Source of the DNA: the human T2T-CHM13v2.0 reference genome, Homo sapiens
Assembly (NCBI GenBank): GCA_009914755.4
Contig: CP086569.2
Coordinates: forward strand, 20,896,001 to 20,960,000
Reading direction: 5' to 3'
Length of the DNA: 64,000 nucleotides
Both the position numbers and the translations under genes were made by a program. The notes beneath the pieces are model-generated. The model did no database searches and had not been told where the DNA came from. It saw only the letters and a list, made by a program, of their open reading frames with translations. Position 1 is the first letter of the stretch, and each line of letters opens with the position of its first letter. Of this stretch, positions 40,366-57,797 are shown piece by piece.

Positions 40366-41074
40366 AAAATAAATACATACATAAATAAATAAATAAATAG
40401 GAAGCATTATTTACTATAAAAAATTTTAGAATAAAAATCTTCAATTTTAAAATGGTTTTGCAAAGTAATATTCCTAATTCCTAACATTCAGTATGCGATT
40501 ATGTACATTTATATATGAGAGAGTACAAATGTGGTAAGATACTAATGATTTGGAAACCTGGGTAAATAAAATATAAAATCTTAAAATACGTTTCTCATAA
40601 TTTATCTGTAAATTTGAAATTCAAAATAAGTTACTACAGTTGGTCAATCCAAAATGGAGTAGTCATAATAATAATAAGGTAATTAATAAGTAAACCAAGG
40701 ATGAAGGATATTTAGAGCTTCAGGAGGTAAGGCTATATAAAGTCTTTAGGGAGTGCAGCAAATTGAATTAAATTCTGAATTGTACATAGGGTTTTTATAA
40801 TAAGAATAGAGGGAGAAAAAAGGGAGTTTCTGTTCACATAAACAATAACAAAATATTTTAGAAATGAAGACGTTGTGCTTGGAAAATCATAAGTAGACTG
40901 GGTAGGCTGGAGTGGAGAGCTCATGGTGAGAAATAAGTAGGAGATGGGTTGAAAATATGAAAGAGCTCAGAGCATGAATGGTGCATCAACATAAAGCAGA
41001 ATAAATTAGGGTTTGACCTCATTTTCATTGGAGTTTACAGAGCAAAATTGCAAGAATAGCAAAATGGAGAGTAA

Positions 41075-41270
41075 TTACTTCATTTATTAAAAATTTTATT
41101 TGTTGAGCTTTTTGTTTTTAATGCAACCTTAAGCAAGAAAATGTGTCAAGGAAAGCAAAATAGAGAATAATGACTTCGTTTTTTATTTTCTTTGTTCAGG
41201 TTTTTGTCTTTAAAGCAACTGTACCTAAGAAAATATGTCAATTAAAGCTTATCATCAGTTTAATGTTACT
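41075..41270. repeat. Local tandem duplication, about 95 bp x2, diverged
   Basis: agcaaaatggagagtaattacttcatttattaaaaattttatttgttgagctttttgtttttaatgcaaccttaagcaagaaaatgtgtcaaggaa / agcaaaatagagaataatgacttcgttttttattttctttgttcaggtttttgtctttaaagcaactgtacctaagaaaatatgtcaattaa. Confidence 0.45.
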
Positions 41271-41466
41271 CTAAGACCCTCATTATTTTGGGACAACTTC
41301 ATCTAGTAAATAAATATACATTACATACTTACTACAGTTTATTGAGCACTCTCAAACCAAAATTCACCTAAGCTTTTTAAACTTGCTCTTCTTTCTCAAG
41401 GAAAACTTCTTCCAAAAGGAAATTATATTTATTTCATTTCATTTCATTTATTATCTTTTTGGTTTT

Positions 41467-41478
41467 AAAGAAATAGCT
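41467..41478. other. Target-site duplication, 5' copy, for the full-length L1
   Basis: AAAGAAATAGCT lies immediately before GGGGGAGGAGCCAAGATGG. The partner copy is at 47621-47631. Confidence 0.8.
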
Positions 41479-42514
41479 GGGGGAGGAGCCAAGATGGCCG
41501 AATAGGAACAGCTCCGGTCTACAGCTCCCAGCCTGAGCGACGCAGAAGATGGGTGATTTCTGCATTTCCATCTGAGGTACCAGATTCATCTCACTAGGGA
41601 GTGCCAGACAGAGGGTGCAGGACAGTGGGTGCAGCACACCATGCACCAGCCAAAGCAGGGTGAGGCATTGCCTCACTTGGGAAGTGCAAGGGGTCAGGGA
41701 ATTCCCTTTCCTGGTCAAGGAAAGAGGTGACAGACAGCACCTGGAAAATAGGGCCACTCCCATCTGGATACTGTGCTTTTCCAAAGGTCTTAGGAAATGG
41801 CACACCAGGAGATTATATCCCGCACCTGGCTCAGAGGGTCCTACACCCATGGAGTCTTGCTGATTGCTAGCACAGCAGTCTGAGATCAAACTGTAACATG
41901 GCAGCGAGGCTGGGGGAGGGGTGCACACCATTGCCCAGGCTCCCTTAGGTAAACAAAGCAGCCGGGAAGCTCCAACTGGTTGGAGCCCACCACAGCTCAA
42001 GGAGGCCTACCTGCCTCTGCAGGCTCCACCTCTGGGGGCAGGGCACAGAAAAACAAAAAGACAGGAGTAACCTCTGTAGACTTAAATGTCCCTGTCTGAC
42101 AGCTTTGAGGACAGCAGTGGTTCTCCCAGCATGCAGCTGGAGATCTGAGAATGGGCAGACTGCCTCCTCAAGTGGGTCCCTGACCCCTGAACCCCGAGCA
42201 GCCTAACTGGGAGGCAGCCCCCAGTAGGGGCAGACTGACACCTCACATGGCCGGGTACTCCTCTGAGACAAAACTTCCAGAGGAATGATCAGACAGCAGC
42301 ATTTGCGGATCACTAAAATCCGCGGTTCTGCATACACTGCTACTGATACCCAGGCAAACAAGGTCTGGAGTGGACCTCTAGCAAACTCCAACAGACCTGC
42401 AGCTGAGGGTCCTGTCTGTTAGAAGGAAAACTAACAAACAGAAAGGACATCCGCACCAAAAACCCATCTGTACATTGCCATCATCGAAGACTAAAACTAG
42501 ATAAAACCACAAAG
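41479..42514 (+). promoter_or_regulatory. L1 5'UTR (sense internal promoter and antisense promoter region)
   Basis: Canonical L1PA 5'UTR sequence. The antisense 62-aa ORF at 42203-42391 lies within the segment atggccgggtactcctctgagac...ctctagcaaactccaac. Confidence 0.7.
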
Positions 42515-43531
42515 ACTGGGAAAAAAACAGAGCAGAAAAACTGGAAACTCTAAAAAGCAGAGTGCCTCTCCTCCTCCAAAGGAATGCAGTTCCTCACCAG
42601 CAATGGAACAAAGCTGGATAGAGAATGACTTTGACGAGTTGAGAGAAGAAGGCTTCAGATGATCAAACTACTCCGAGCTACAGGAGGAAATTCAAACCAA
42701 AGGCAAAGAAGTTGAAAACTTTGAAAAAAAATTTAGGCAAATGTATAACTAGAATAACCAATACAGAGAAGGGCTTAAGGGAGCTGATGGAGCTGAAAGC
42801 CAAGGCTCGAGAACTACGTGAAGAATGCAGAAGCCTCAGGAGCCAATGTGATCAACTGGAAGAAAGGGTATCTGTGATGGAAGATGAAATCAATGAAATG
42901 AACTGACAAGGGAAGTTTAGAGAAAAAAGAATAAAAAGAAATGAACAAAGCCTCCAAGAAATATGGGACTATGTGAAAAGACCAAATCTACATCTGATTG
43001 GTGTACCTGAAAGTGACGGGGAGAATGGAACCCAGTTGGAAAACACTCTGCAGGATATTATCCAGGAGAACTTCCCCAATCTAGCAAGGCAGGCCAACAT
43101 TCAGATTCAGGAAATACAGAGAATGCCACAAAGATACTCCTCGAGAAGAGCAACTCCAAGACACATAATTGTCAGATTCACCAAAGTTGAAATGAAGGAA
43201 AAAATGTTAAGGGGAGCCAGAGAGAAAGGTCGGGTTACCCACAAAGGAAGCCCATCAGACTAACAGCGGATCTCTAGGCAGAAACTCAACAAGCCAGAAG
43301 AGAGTGGCAGCCAATATTCAACATTCTTAAAGAAAATAATTTTCAACCCAGAATTTCGTATCCAGCCAAACTACACTTTATAAATGAAGGAGAAATAAAA
43401 TACTTTACAGACAAGCAAATGCTGAGAGATTTTGTCACCACCCAGCCTGCCCTAAAAGAACTCCTGAAGGAAGCACTAAATATACAAAGTCACAACTGGT
43501 ACCAGCCACTGCAAAATCATACCAAAATGTA
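42515..43531 (+). pseudogene. L1 ORF1, inactivated: ancestral ATG is now CTG, with further disruptions downstream
   Basis: aagaCTGggaaaaaaacagagcag stands where the consensus has ATGGGGAAAAAACAG. ggcttcagaTGAtcaaac stands where the consensus has CGA. The ORF track shows only 42712-42906 and 42973-43263 open. The stop lies in ...ccaaaatgTAA at 43529-43531. Confidence 0.8.
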
Positions 43532-43595
43532 AAGACCATCGAGATTAGGAAGAAACTGCATCAACTCAAGAGCAAAATAACCAGCTAACATCATA

Positions 43596-47397
<3,802 letters not shown>

Positions 47398-47620
47398 ATG
47401 AGAACAGATGGACACAGGAAGGGGAATATCACACTCTGGGGACTGTTGTGGGGTGGGGGGAGGTGGGAGGGATAGCATTAGGAGATATAACTAATGCTAA
47501 ATGACAAGTTAATGGGTGCAGCACACCAGCATGGCACATGTATACGTATGTATGAAACCTGCACATTGTGCACATGTACCCCAAAACTTAAAGTGTAATA
47601 ACAATAAAAAAAAGAAAAAA

Positions 47621-47631
47621 AAGAAATAGCT
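47621..47631. other. Target-site duplication, 3' copy, for the full-length L1
   Basis: AAGAAATAGCT lies directly after the L1 poly-A tail. The reconstructed empty site reads ...ggttttaaagaaatagctttaggttttaat.... Confidence 0.8.
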
Positions 47632-47764
47632 TTAGGTTTTAATTTTAGAAACAATTAAGAATTCAGACTTATTTATTTATGATAAGGATAGTTTTGGTTT
47701 GTTTGTTTTTTTTTAATCCAAATCTAGTTACAGATTTTCCTTGCAAATTTCTCCACAAGTGTTT

Positions 47765-50700
47765 TTTTAAAAGAGGTGTTTAAAGTTCTTAGAGACCCTG
47801 CAAAGAGACAGACTCCAACACAATAATAGTGGAACACCATGGCTGGGTGCGGTGGCTCATGGCTGTAATCCCAGCACTTTGGGAGGACAAGGCAGGTAGA
47901 TCACAAGGTCAGGAGATGGAGACTATCCTGGCTAACACAGTGAATCCCCATCTTTACTAAAAATACAAAAAAATTAGCCGGATATGGTGGCATGCGCCTG
48001 TAGTCCCAGCCAACTCGGGAGGCTGAGACAGGAGATATGCTTAAACCCAGGAGGTGGAGATTACAGTGAGCCAAGACCACACCACTGTACTCCAGCCTGG
48101 GTTACAGAGTAAGAGTCTGTCTCAAAAGAAAAACAAATAATAGGACACCCTAACTCATCACTGTCAGTATTAGACAGAGCATTGAGATAGAAAATTAACA
48201 AAGATATTCAGAACTTTAACTTGTTCCTCGATCAAGTGGACCTAGTAGATATCTACAGAAATCTTCACTCATAACAACAGAATAATTCACCTCATCACCA
48301 CATGGCGCTTACTCTAAAACTGATGATACAATTCAAAGAAAAACAATCCTCAGTAAATGTGAAAGTACTGAAATCATAATGAAGAGTGACTCAGATGACT
48401 GCACAATTAAATTAGAACTCAGGAGTAAGAAACACACTCAAAACCATAAAACTACATAGAAATTGGCAGAAGATGAGAAATAATCAAGATTAGAGCAGAA
48501 CTGAAGGAGACAGAGATTGAAAAACCCTCCAGAGGATCAGCAAACCCAGGATCTTTTTTTTGACAAAAAGCAATAAAACATAGACTGCTAGCTAGACTAA
48601 TAAAGAAGAAAAGGGAGAAGAATCAGACACAATAAAAAATAATAAAGGGGATATCACCAGTGATCCCACAGAAATACAAACAACTATCAGAGAATATTAT
48701 AAACAATTATATGCAAATAAACTGGAAAATCTAGAAGAAATTGATAAATTCCTGGGCCCACATACCCCCTACCCCCAAGATTGAATCAGGAAGTTAAATC
48801 CCTGAATAAGCTCTGAAATTGGGTCAGTAATAAACAGACAGCAACCAAAAAAATCTCAGGACCAGATGGACTTACAGCTGAATTCTACCAGAGGTACAAA
48901 GAAGAACTGGTACCATTTCTATTAAAACTATTTCAAAAAATTGGAAAACATTAACTCATTCTATAATGCCAACATTATTCTGGTAGGAAAATATGACAGA
49001 GATCCAAAAAAAAAAAAAGAAGAAGTAGGAAAACTTCAGGCCAATATCCCTGATAAACATTAATGCAAAAATCCTTGATGAAATACAGGCAAACCAAACC
49101 CAGCAGCACATCGAAAAACTTATTCAAAACAATCAAGTTGGCTGTATCCTTGGGATGCAAGGTTGTTTCAACATATGCAAGTTAATAAATGTAAATTTAT
49201 TACATAAACAAAAAAAGTCTAAAATTACAAGATTATCTCAATACATGCAGAAAAGTCCTGTGATAAAATTCAACACCCCAGTCATGTTAAAAACTCTAAT
49301 AAACTAGGTAATGAATGAACGTACCTCAAAATAATAAGAGCCATTATGTCAAGTCCATAGCTAATATCATACTGAATGGGCAAAAGCTGAAAACATTCCC
49401 CTTGAAAACTGGCACAAGATAAGGATGCCTTGTCTCACCACTCCCTTTCAACATAGTGTTGGAAGTTCTAGGCAGGGGAATCAGGCAAGAGAAAAAATTA
49501 AATTGTATTCAAATTGCAAGAGAGGAAGTCAAATTTTCTCTGTTTGCAGATGATGTAATTCTATATTTGTAAAACCCCATATTTCAGCCCAAAAGCTTCT
49601 GAGCTGATAAGCAACTTCAGCAAAGTCTCAGGATACAAAATCAACATGCAAAAATTATAAGCATTCCTATCCATCAACAACAGACAAGCTGAGAACCAAA
49701 TCATAAGTGAACTCCCATTCACAATTACTACAAAGAGAATAGAACACCTAGAAATACAGCTAACAAGGGAAGTGAAGGACCTTTTCAAGGAAAACTACAA
49801 ACCAATGTTCAAGGAAATGAGAGAGGACACAAACAAATGAAAAAACATTCATATATAGAAAAAAATCAGTATCATGAGAATGGCCATACTGCCCAAGGTA
49901 ATTTACAAATTTAGTGCCTTTCCATTAAACTGTCATTAACGTTTTTCACAGGATTAGAATAATAGTTTAAAAATTCATATCGAACAAATAAACAGCCCAT
50001 AGAGTCAAGCCAATCTTAAGCGAAAAGAACAAAGATAGAGGCATCACACTACCTGACTTCAAACTACACAACAAGGCTATAGTCACCCAAATAGCATGCT
50101 GCTGACACAATTACAGATGCATAGCCTAATGGAAAAGAATAAAGATCTCTTAAATAAAACTCATATCTATAACCATCTGATCTTTGACAAACTTGACAAA
50201 AACAAGCAAGGGGAAAGAATTTCTTATTTAATAAGTGATGCTGGGAGAACTGGCTAGCCATATGCAAAAATTGAAATCTGGCCTCTTCCTTACACCTTAT
50301 ATAAAAATTAACAAAGATGGATTAAAGACTTAAATGTAAAACCCAAGATTATGAAAACCCTAGAAGAACAACTAGGGAATACCTTTTAGGACATAGGCAC
50401 AGTCAAAGGTTTCATGACAAAAATATCAACAGCAATTGCAATAAAAGCAAAGATTGACAAATGGGATCTAAATAAGCTAAAGAGCTTCTGCAAAGTAAAA
50501 GAAACTATCATCACATCATAACAGTAAACGTCAACCTACAGACTAGGAGGAAATTTTTGCAACCTATTTAATTGCCTGAGGTCTAATGTCCAGAGTCTAC
50601 AAGGAACTTAAACAAATTTACAAGGAGAAAAAAAAATTACAAAGAGGGAAAAAGACACAAACAGACACTTCTCAAAAGAAGATATTTATGTCCCCACCAA

Positions 50701-51440
50701 AGATATGAATAAAAGCTTAACATCACTAATCATTAGAGAAATGCAAATCAAAACGACAATGAGATACCATCTCACACCATTCAGAATGGCAATTATTAAA
50801 AAGTAAAGAAACAACAAATGCTGGTGAGGATGCGGACAGATAGGAACACTTTTACACTGTTGGTGGGAAGGTAAATTACTTTATACATTGTTGAAGACAG
50901 TATGGTAATTCCTCAAAGACCTAGAAGCAGAAATGCCATTTGACCCAGCATTCAGAGAAATATAAGTTATTTTATTATAAAAGTACATGCACATGTACGT
51001 TCATGACAGTGATATTCACAATAGCAAAGACATGGGGTTAACCCAGATGCCCATCAACTATAGGCTGCATAAATAAAATATGGTACACATATACAATGGA
51101 ATACTATGCAGCCGTGAAAAGGAATTAGATTATGTCCTTTACAGGGACATGGATGGAGCTGGAAGCCATTATCCTGAGCAAACTAATACTGGAACAGAAA
51201 ATCAAACACACATGTCCTTACTCATAAGTGGGAGCTGAAAAATGAGGACACATGGACACAGTGGGGGAACAACACACACTGGGGTCTGGGCTGGGGTAGA
51301 GGTAGGGAGAGCATGATGCATGAGGGGTTTAATACTTAGATGATGAGTTGATAGGTGCAGTAAACCAACATGGCACACATTATTCTATGTAAAAAAATGT
51401 ACATCATGCCCATGTACCTCAGAACTTAATTTTTTTTAAA
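47765..51440 (+). mobile_element. Older L1 (L1PB/L1MA-like), 5'-truncated within the ORF2 EN domain and running to the 3' end. The Alu at 47841-48135 is nested inside it.
   Basis: The sequence starts ...agagaccctgcaaagagacagactccaacacaataatagtgg (compare L1 RDLNSHTIIMGDFN). It continues after the Alu with ...ctgtcagtattagacagagcattgagatag and later RT/C-terminal segments (gaagtcaaattttctctgtttgcagatgatgtaattctatatttg; ...agaaatgcaaatcaaaacgacaatgagataccatctcacacc). It ends ...cccatgtacctcagaacttaa. Confidence 0.7.
47841..48135 (+). mobile_element. Alu SINE nested in the old L1
   Basis: ggctgggtgcggtggctcatggctgtaatcccagcactttgggaggacaaggcaggtagatcacaaggtcaggagatggagactatcctggctaacacagtgaatccccatc... 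The flanking duplication aataatag(t)gg(a)acacc is imperfect. Confidence 0.9.
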
Positions 51441-51564
51441 AGATATTTATTATCTATCCCTTTCCTTATTCATCATTGCCCATAGAGAGTCCAAAGGCTT
51501 CCCATGGTAGTGGGTGAGGTGTGAAGGGGCAGGTTATGCCTACTACCTGAGAAATAGAAGAGTT

Positions 51565-51598
51565 TATTATTATTATTATTTTTATTATTATTATTATT
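51565..51598. repeat. (TTA)n-like simple repeat
   Basis: tattattattattatttttattattattattatt. Confidence 0.7.
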
Positions 51599-52211
51599 CT
51601 TAGAAAGTTTATTTACAAAAGTTGTATTTACTTACACAATTTCCAGTTCTTATTCACTTATTGCCTTACCTACAGTTATTTTTAAAGTATGGAGTCAAAT
51701 ATACATTATAAAGCAATGTCTCAAAGTTGATTTTTTATTCTTGGTGCAAATAGCTAAAAATTGTTTTGATAGTACTTATTGAGTGAGCATTCATCTTCTG
51801 TTTGATTGATGAGGCCCTTCTCACTTCCTACCTTATTACTATGCATAATTCTGCACTATTGCTTATTTCTAATGATCTATCCCACACGTTATATCATTAC
51901 CACAAAATGCACTAAAATATTAAATGTATGTTTTCATTTCTTAGCAAATACATTTGTTTCATTCTTTTAATAGCTGTTCTCACACATTTGTTTATCCTAA
52001 ATATCTTTAGAAACAATTTTTTTAAGTTCCAGAATAGAGGCGTAAATTTTTCTTGGAATTGAATTTTGCTATAATTTAAATTGGAAATAAGAAAAAATGA
52101 ATAAAGTCTGTGTTTTTTAGATTGTGTTTCTACTCAGGATGAAGTACATTCAAGAAAATTGCACTTGCATAAAATATGGAAGGTGGTTGTTAAGTGGATG
52201 CTCTTCTCTCT

Positions 52212-53490
52212 GTGATGGTGATGGTTTTCAGCTCCATCAGGTCATTTAAGGACTTCTCTACACTGTTTATTCTAGTTAGCCATTCACCTAATCTTTTTCA
52301 AGGTTTTTAGTTTCTTTGCGACGGGTTTGAACATCCTCCTTTTGCTCAGAGAAGTTTGTTATTACTGATTGTCTGAAGCCTTCTCCTCTCAAATTGTCAA
52401 AGTCATTCTCTGTCCAGGTTTGTTCCAATGCTGAGAAGGAGCTGTGTTCCTTTGGAGGAGAAGCGGCACTCTGATTTTTTGTATTTTTAGCTTTTCTGCT
52501 CTGGTTTCTCCCCATTTTTGTGGTTTTATCTACTTTTGGTCTTTGATGATGGTGATGTACAGATGGGGCTTTGGCGTGGATGTCCTTTCTTTTTGTTAGT
52601 TTTCCTTCTAACAGTCAGGACCCTCAGTTGCAGGTCTGTTGGAGTTTGCTAGAGGTCCACTCCAGACGCTGTTTGCCTGGTTATCACCAGTAGAGTCTGC
52701 AGAACAGCAAATATTGCAGAACGGCAGATGGTGCTGCCTGATCCTGCCTCTGGTAGCTTCATCTCAGAGGGGCACCCAGCTGTATGAGGTGTCAGTTGGC
52801 CCCTACCACCAGGTGTCTCCCAGTTAGGCTACTCAGGGTTCAGAGACCCACTTGAGGAGGCATACTGTCCGTTCTCAGATCTCAAACTCTGTGCTGGGAG
52901 AACACTACTCTCTTCAAAGCTGTCAGACAAGGATGTTTAAGTCTGCAGAAGTTTCTGCCTCCTTTTGTTCAGCTGTGCCCTGCCCCCAGAGGTGGTGTCT
53001 ACAGAGGCAGGCAGGTCTCCTTGAGCTGCAGTGGGCTACATCCAGTTCCAGCTTCTAGGCTGCTTTGTTTACCTTTTCAAGCCTCAGCAATGGTGGATGC
53101 CCCCCCGATCTTTGCTGCCACCTTGCAGTTCCATCTCAGACTGCTGTGCTAGCAGTGAGCAAGGCTCTATGGGTATGGGACCCTCTGAGCCATGCGCAGG
53201 ATATAATCTCCTGGTGTGCTATTTGCTAAGTCCACTGGAAAAGCACAGTATTAGGGTGTGAGTGTCCTGAATTTCCAGGTACTGTCTGTCATGGTTTCCC
53301 TTTGCAAAGAAAGGGAATTCCCCAACCCCTTGTGCTTCCCGGATCAGGTAATGCTGTGCCCTTCTCTGTGGGCTGCACCAACTGTCTGACAAGCCCCAGT
53401 GAGATGAACCCAGTACCTCAATTGGAAATGCAGAAATCACCTGTCTTTTGTATTGTTCACGCTCAGAGCCGCAGACTGGAGCTCTTCCTA
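52212..53490 (-). mobile_element. L1PA 5' portion (complete ~975-bp 5'UTR plus the ORF1 N-terminal third), 3'-truncated at ~52212
   Basis: ORF 52288-52515 reads MGRNQSRKAKNTKNQSAASPPKEHSSFSALEQTWTENDFDNLRGEGFRQSVITNFSEQKEDVQTRRKETKNLEKD, which is the L1 ORF1 N-terminus. The canonical 5' terminus on the reverse complement, ttcctattcagccatcttgg, lies at ~53470-53490. The antisense 62-aa ORF is at 52639-52827. Confidence 0.8.
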
Positions 53491-53499
53491 TTCAGCCAT

Positions 53500-54393
53500 C
53501 TTGGAACCACCAAGGACAGTTGCTCCTTTCTCCATTACTCTGTCCCAGGTTGATGGGGGTTTTATATCTATAAGTCCCTGACTGGGGCTGCTGCCTTTTT
53601 TTCTGTGATGCCCTGCCCAGAGAGGAGAAATCTGGCAGTCCAGCCACAGCAGCCTTGTTGAGCTGCAGTGGACTTAGCCCAGTTTGAACTTCCTGGCAGC
53701 TTTGTTTACACTGTGAACATAACACCACCAACTCAAGCCTCAGCAATAGTGGACGCCCTTCCCCCATCCAAGCTCAGGCATCCCAGTTTGATCTCAGACT
53801 GCTGTTGTGCTGGCAGTGAGAATTTCAAGCCAGTGGATGTTAGTTTCCCGGGCCCCATGGGGGTGGCACCTGCCAAGCCAGGCCACTTGGCTCCCTAGCT
53901 TCAGCACCTGTTTCCAGAGAAGTGAACAGTTCTGTCTCACTGACATTCTAGGCACCTCGGGGTATGGATTAAAAAAAAACAAAACAAAAAAAACCTCCTA
54001 CCGCTAGTTCGATGTCTGCCCAAATGGCTGCCCAGTTTTGTGCTTGAAACCCAGGGCCCTGGTGGGGTAGGCACCACAGGGAATATCCTGGTTTGTGGGT
54101 TGCAAAGACTGTGGGACAAGGGCAGTATCTGGGCTGGAGTTCTTGGTTCCTCAGGCTCGGTCCCTCATGGCTTCCCTTGGGTAGGGGAGAAAATTCCCTG
54201 ACCCCTTGCACTTCCTGAGTGAGGTGACATCCTACCCTGCTTTGGCTCCTCCTCCATGGGCTGCATCCACTCTCCAACAAGTCAAAGTGACACGAACCGG
54301 GTACCTAATTTAGAAATGCAGAAATCACCCACCTTCTGTATCAATCTGGCTGGGAACTGCAGAGCAGAGCAATTCCTATTTGGCCATCTTGAT
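53500..54393 (-). mobile_element. Second L1 5'UTR fragment (~890 bp) with its own canonical 5' terminus, abutting the previous element
   Basis: A second terminal motif, ...ttcctatttggccatcttgatc, ends at ~54393. The internal sequence parallels the L1 5'UTR (for example ...ccttgcacttcctgagtgaggtgacatcc... and cagaaatcaccc). It contains an A-rich tract at 53960-53995. Confidence 0.55.
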
Positions 54394-55849
54394 CAGTAGA
54401 CCAGTATATTATTTTTAAATAACCATAGTGGATAAAAGTTTCTAATCAAAAGTGTCCAAAAATGTAAGAGAGAAAAAAAGTAAAAGTGTTGAAATGTTAG
54501 CATATCAGAAGGACTATTAGCTAATACTTTTTCAATTGTTTTGGTAATTCATAAGGATTAGCATAAAAGTTTATTCAATTCAACTGTGTACCTATAATTG
54601 AGTAGTTTGTGTATGTTCATAGTATCAATGAAATAGAAAAGGACAGAGTGCAGAATAAAGAGATAATTTCAAAAGAGTGAGGTCTCAGTATAGTGAGAGC
54701 ACAAATAGTGTGTATACTAGAAGGGTGAGACTGTGGATATGTTTATGTTTTTTTAATCCCTTGGTGTAGAAAATAATGCAAAGGCTGGTGTATCAAGAAT
54801 TTATATGTGATAGCTAAGGTTTATCCAGAGTAAGAGGATAAAATAAAACAAGAAAAAAGATGTGTGGTAAATTTGACTGCTAAAGAATGAATATTGATGA
54901 GGTAAGATTCTTTAGCTTTTTTTCCAGATACATATTTTTAAACTTCTTCTGTCATTAGGAAGAAAAATTTTTCCACTCATGTTATCGGACTCTCAGTCAA
55001 CACCTTTCTCCTTTTCCTCTAAATCTTCATACTCCTCAAATGCAGGCCTAAGCTCCATGTTGTGATCACCTTTCACTTGGCATTCACCCATGTAATGATG
55101 CTCCTCACTGCAGCATTTTTCTTCAGGCCTCTTTGAGTCCAATGTGATCATCTCAACAGCAGAAAACACATTCTCCAGTGAGCTTCATTATCAGAGGAAT
55201 GTTTTTTATTGTGAAAGAAATTCTTCCAGAATGTATTCTGTGTAGGAATCTTGTTACTTTCAAGTGCATACATGGTGATTCTCTTTTCCAGGCATACAGG
55301 CAATTTCAGAACATTCAGAACCAAACTCTCCACCAAAATGTCCCCAGAGAACAGAGCCAACCAGACCATTCTGTGCTGGTCAGTTTCTGTTTGATCACGT
55401 ACTGAGTGAATATCATTAGTTTGTCTTTTCTAACCATGTTGTGAGCCTACAACCCAGTCACCCTGGAAATTTGAAAGCTGATTCTCAATCTCTATGTACT
55501 GTCTGTCCTTTGTACAAATCAGTTCTGATAAAATAATGACAAATATTCTGTAAAATGTACATAGTGCCACTCATTTTTCATAAAGCTTTACTGGACAAAA
55601 TTCTTCTGAAAAGAAACTGATTACTCTGCTGTGAGTTAAACTATTCATGTAGCATATAGTTTTTTAACTGACTTAGGTAAAACACGTAAAGAAAAATTTC
55701 ATTATATCTAAATACTTTCAGTGCTGCTAGAGACTATTTAGTTTCTTTAGTTCAATGTCCACTCAGATTTACTGTTACTAATTCAAATCTTTTACTATTT
55801 TGTTTTTATTTTTAATTTTATAAAAAAGAACTTTTTTTCTCATTTTTTA

Positions 55850-56127
55850 TTAAAGCTAGGATTTTGCTCTGTAGCATAGGCTGGAGGACAGTGGCACAAT
55901 CACAGCTTACTGCATCCTTGACATCCCAGGCAAACACGACACTCCCACCTCACCTTTCTGAGCAACTGGGACTACAAGCATGTGCTACCAAGTCCAGCTA
56001 ATTTTTACATTTTTTGTAGAGATGGAGTTTTGCCATGTTGCCCACTCTTCCCTGGAAATCTTGGCCTCAAGCAATCCCGCCCCTCAGTCTCCTAAAGTGC
56101 TTGGATTGCAGGCATAAGCCAGTGTGC
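55850..56127 (-). mobile_element. Alu SINE (older, AluJ-like)
   Basis: Reverse-complement Alu: gctaggattttgctctgtagcataggctggaggacagtggcacaatcacagc...ggactacaagcatgtgctaccaagtccagctaatttttacattttttgtagagatggagttttgccatgttgccc...cctaaagtgcttggattgcaggcataagccagtgtgcc. Confidence 0.8.
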
Positions 56128-57395
56128 CGAGAATTCTACATTTTAAGTACTTTTTAAACTTATTTTTCTTTTTCAAACATAATGCTTTTCTGAATTCAAA
56201 AATTTATATATTTTTTTCTGAAACTAGAAAAAAAATTTTACTGAATAGTTAATTTAAAAATATTGATTATTTTTATTTTAGAAGGATAAATCCCTATGAA
56301 TGTTGACTTTAATGATTTTAATATATCCTAGAGAAACAACTAGATTACATTTATTTTATTTCATTCTACTCTTCATATGTGTATAATTTTATTTGTATTT
56401 TTTATTAACTTTTCTTCTTTTAGTGTACTTAACTATATTGTGTTCAATATTCTGGTTCATTAATATTCTCATTGACTCAAGAGTAATCTAACATTTACCT
56501 ATATGTTATATATTAAGTAGATTAGTCACACTTTCAGTTGTTTATATTTGACTGTTTTCTAAATATGGCTTACTGGGCTATGGTTTCTTGATCTTTTCAC
56601 ATTGTTATTATTTTTCTGTTGCATTGGCTTGAACACATTGAATATGAGTCTTATAACTGGTGTAATATAAGTTGTAATTTGGTTCTCACTTATGGGTGAT
56701 ATCACAATTGTAATGTGATTCATTTACGCCTGATGCTTTTTGGTTTTCTCCATTTGCCTTATGGATGGTTGGACAACCCACATGGATTTGACATCTGTGT
56801 AATCATATCTAAGAGGATAACTTGTTTTGTAGTTTGACCACTTTCTTGATTTTTTTTTTTTGTTTACTTAGGTACCTAGAATGTTCTCATGTTTTTCTTT
56901 TAACTCTGTTGAGCATTTTAAAGATAGTTACAACTTTCTGAGAAGTTGAGCTTTTCAAATTTAAAAATTTTAGAATCTGTAGTACTTTTCCAAAAGGTCA
57001 AAATATGGAGAGTGCACACATGAGGAAAATATTTCACATTTTTAATAACATGTAACAGCGTGTCATGAGAAATTTCAAATATTTTATTTAGAACTCTTCT
57101 AAATATTCTGCAAAGTAATAATAATTTGTGGCATGGTTTTTTTATACTAGAAAATTGATTTTATATTTTTCACAAATTTCTGAAATAAAAATACTCCTCT
57201 GCAGAGAATAGCACCTACATATGACCAGAATTACTATTTTTCTCTGCCATTACACTAAAATTAGCAGAATTATTTACCTGAATTCAAGTTTTTGGCTTCC
57301 GATACTATGCTTCTTCTTTAACACTTTTCTGAGTTTATAAAAATCTCAATTTGAATTCTCTGTTTATTCATAACTTAATTTCAAAAATCATTATG

Positions 57396-57797
<402 letters not shown>

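Noticed and set aside
41434-42000. 188-aa ORF antisense to the L1 5'UTR, extending 45 bp into the upstream flank
   Set aside because: It has no recognisable domain. Its composition is typical of a GC-rich 5'UTR read in the wrong frame, and it crosses the L1 boundary, so it is not an element-encoded product. It is most likely a chance ORF. Only the recurrent 62-aa antisense ORF is kept as a finding.
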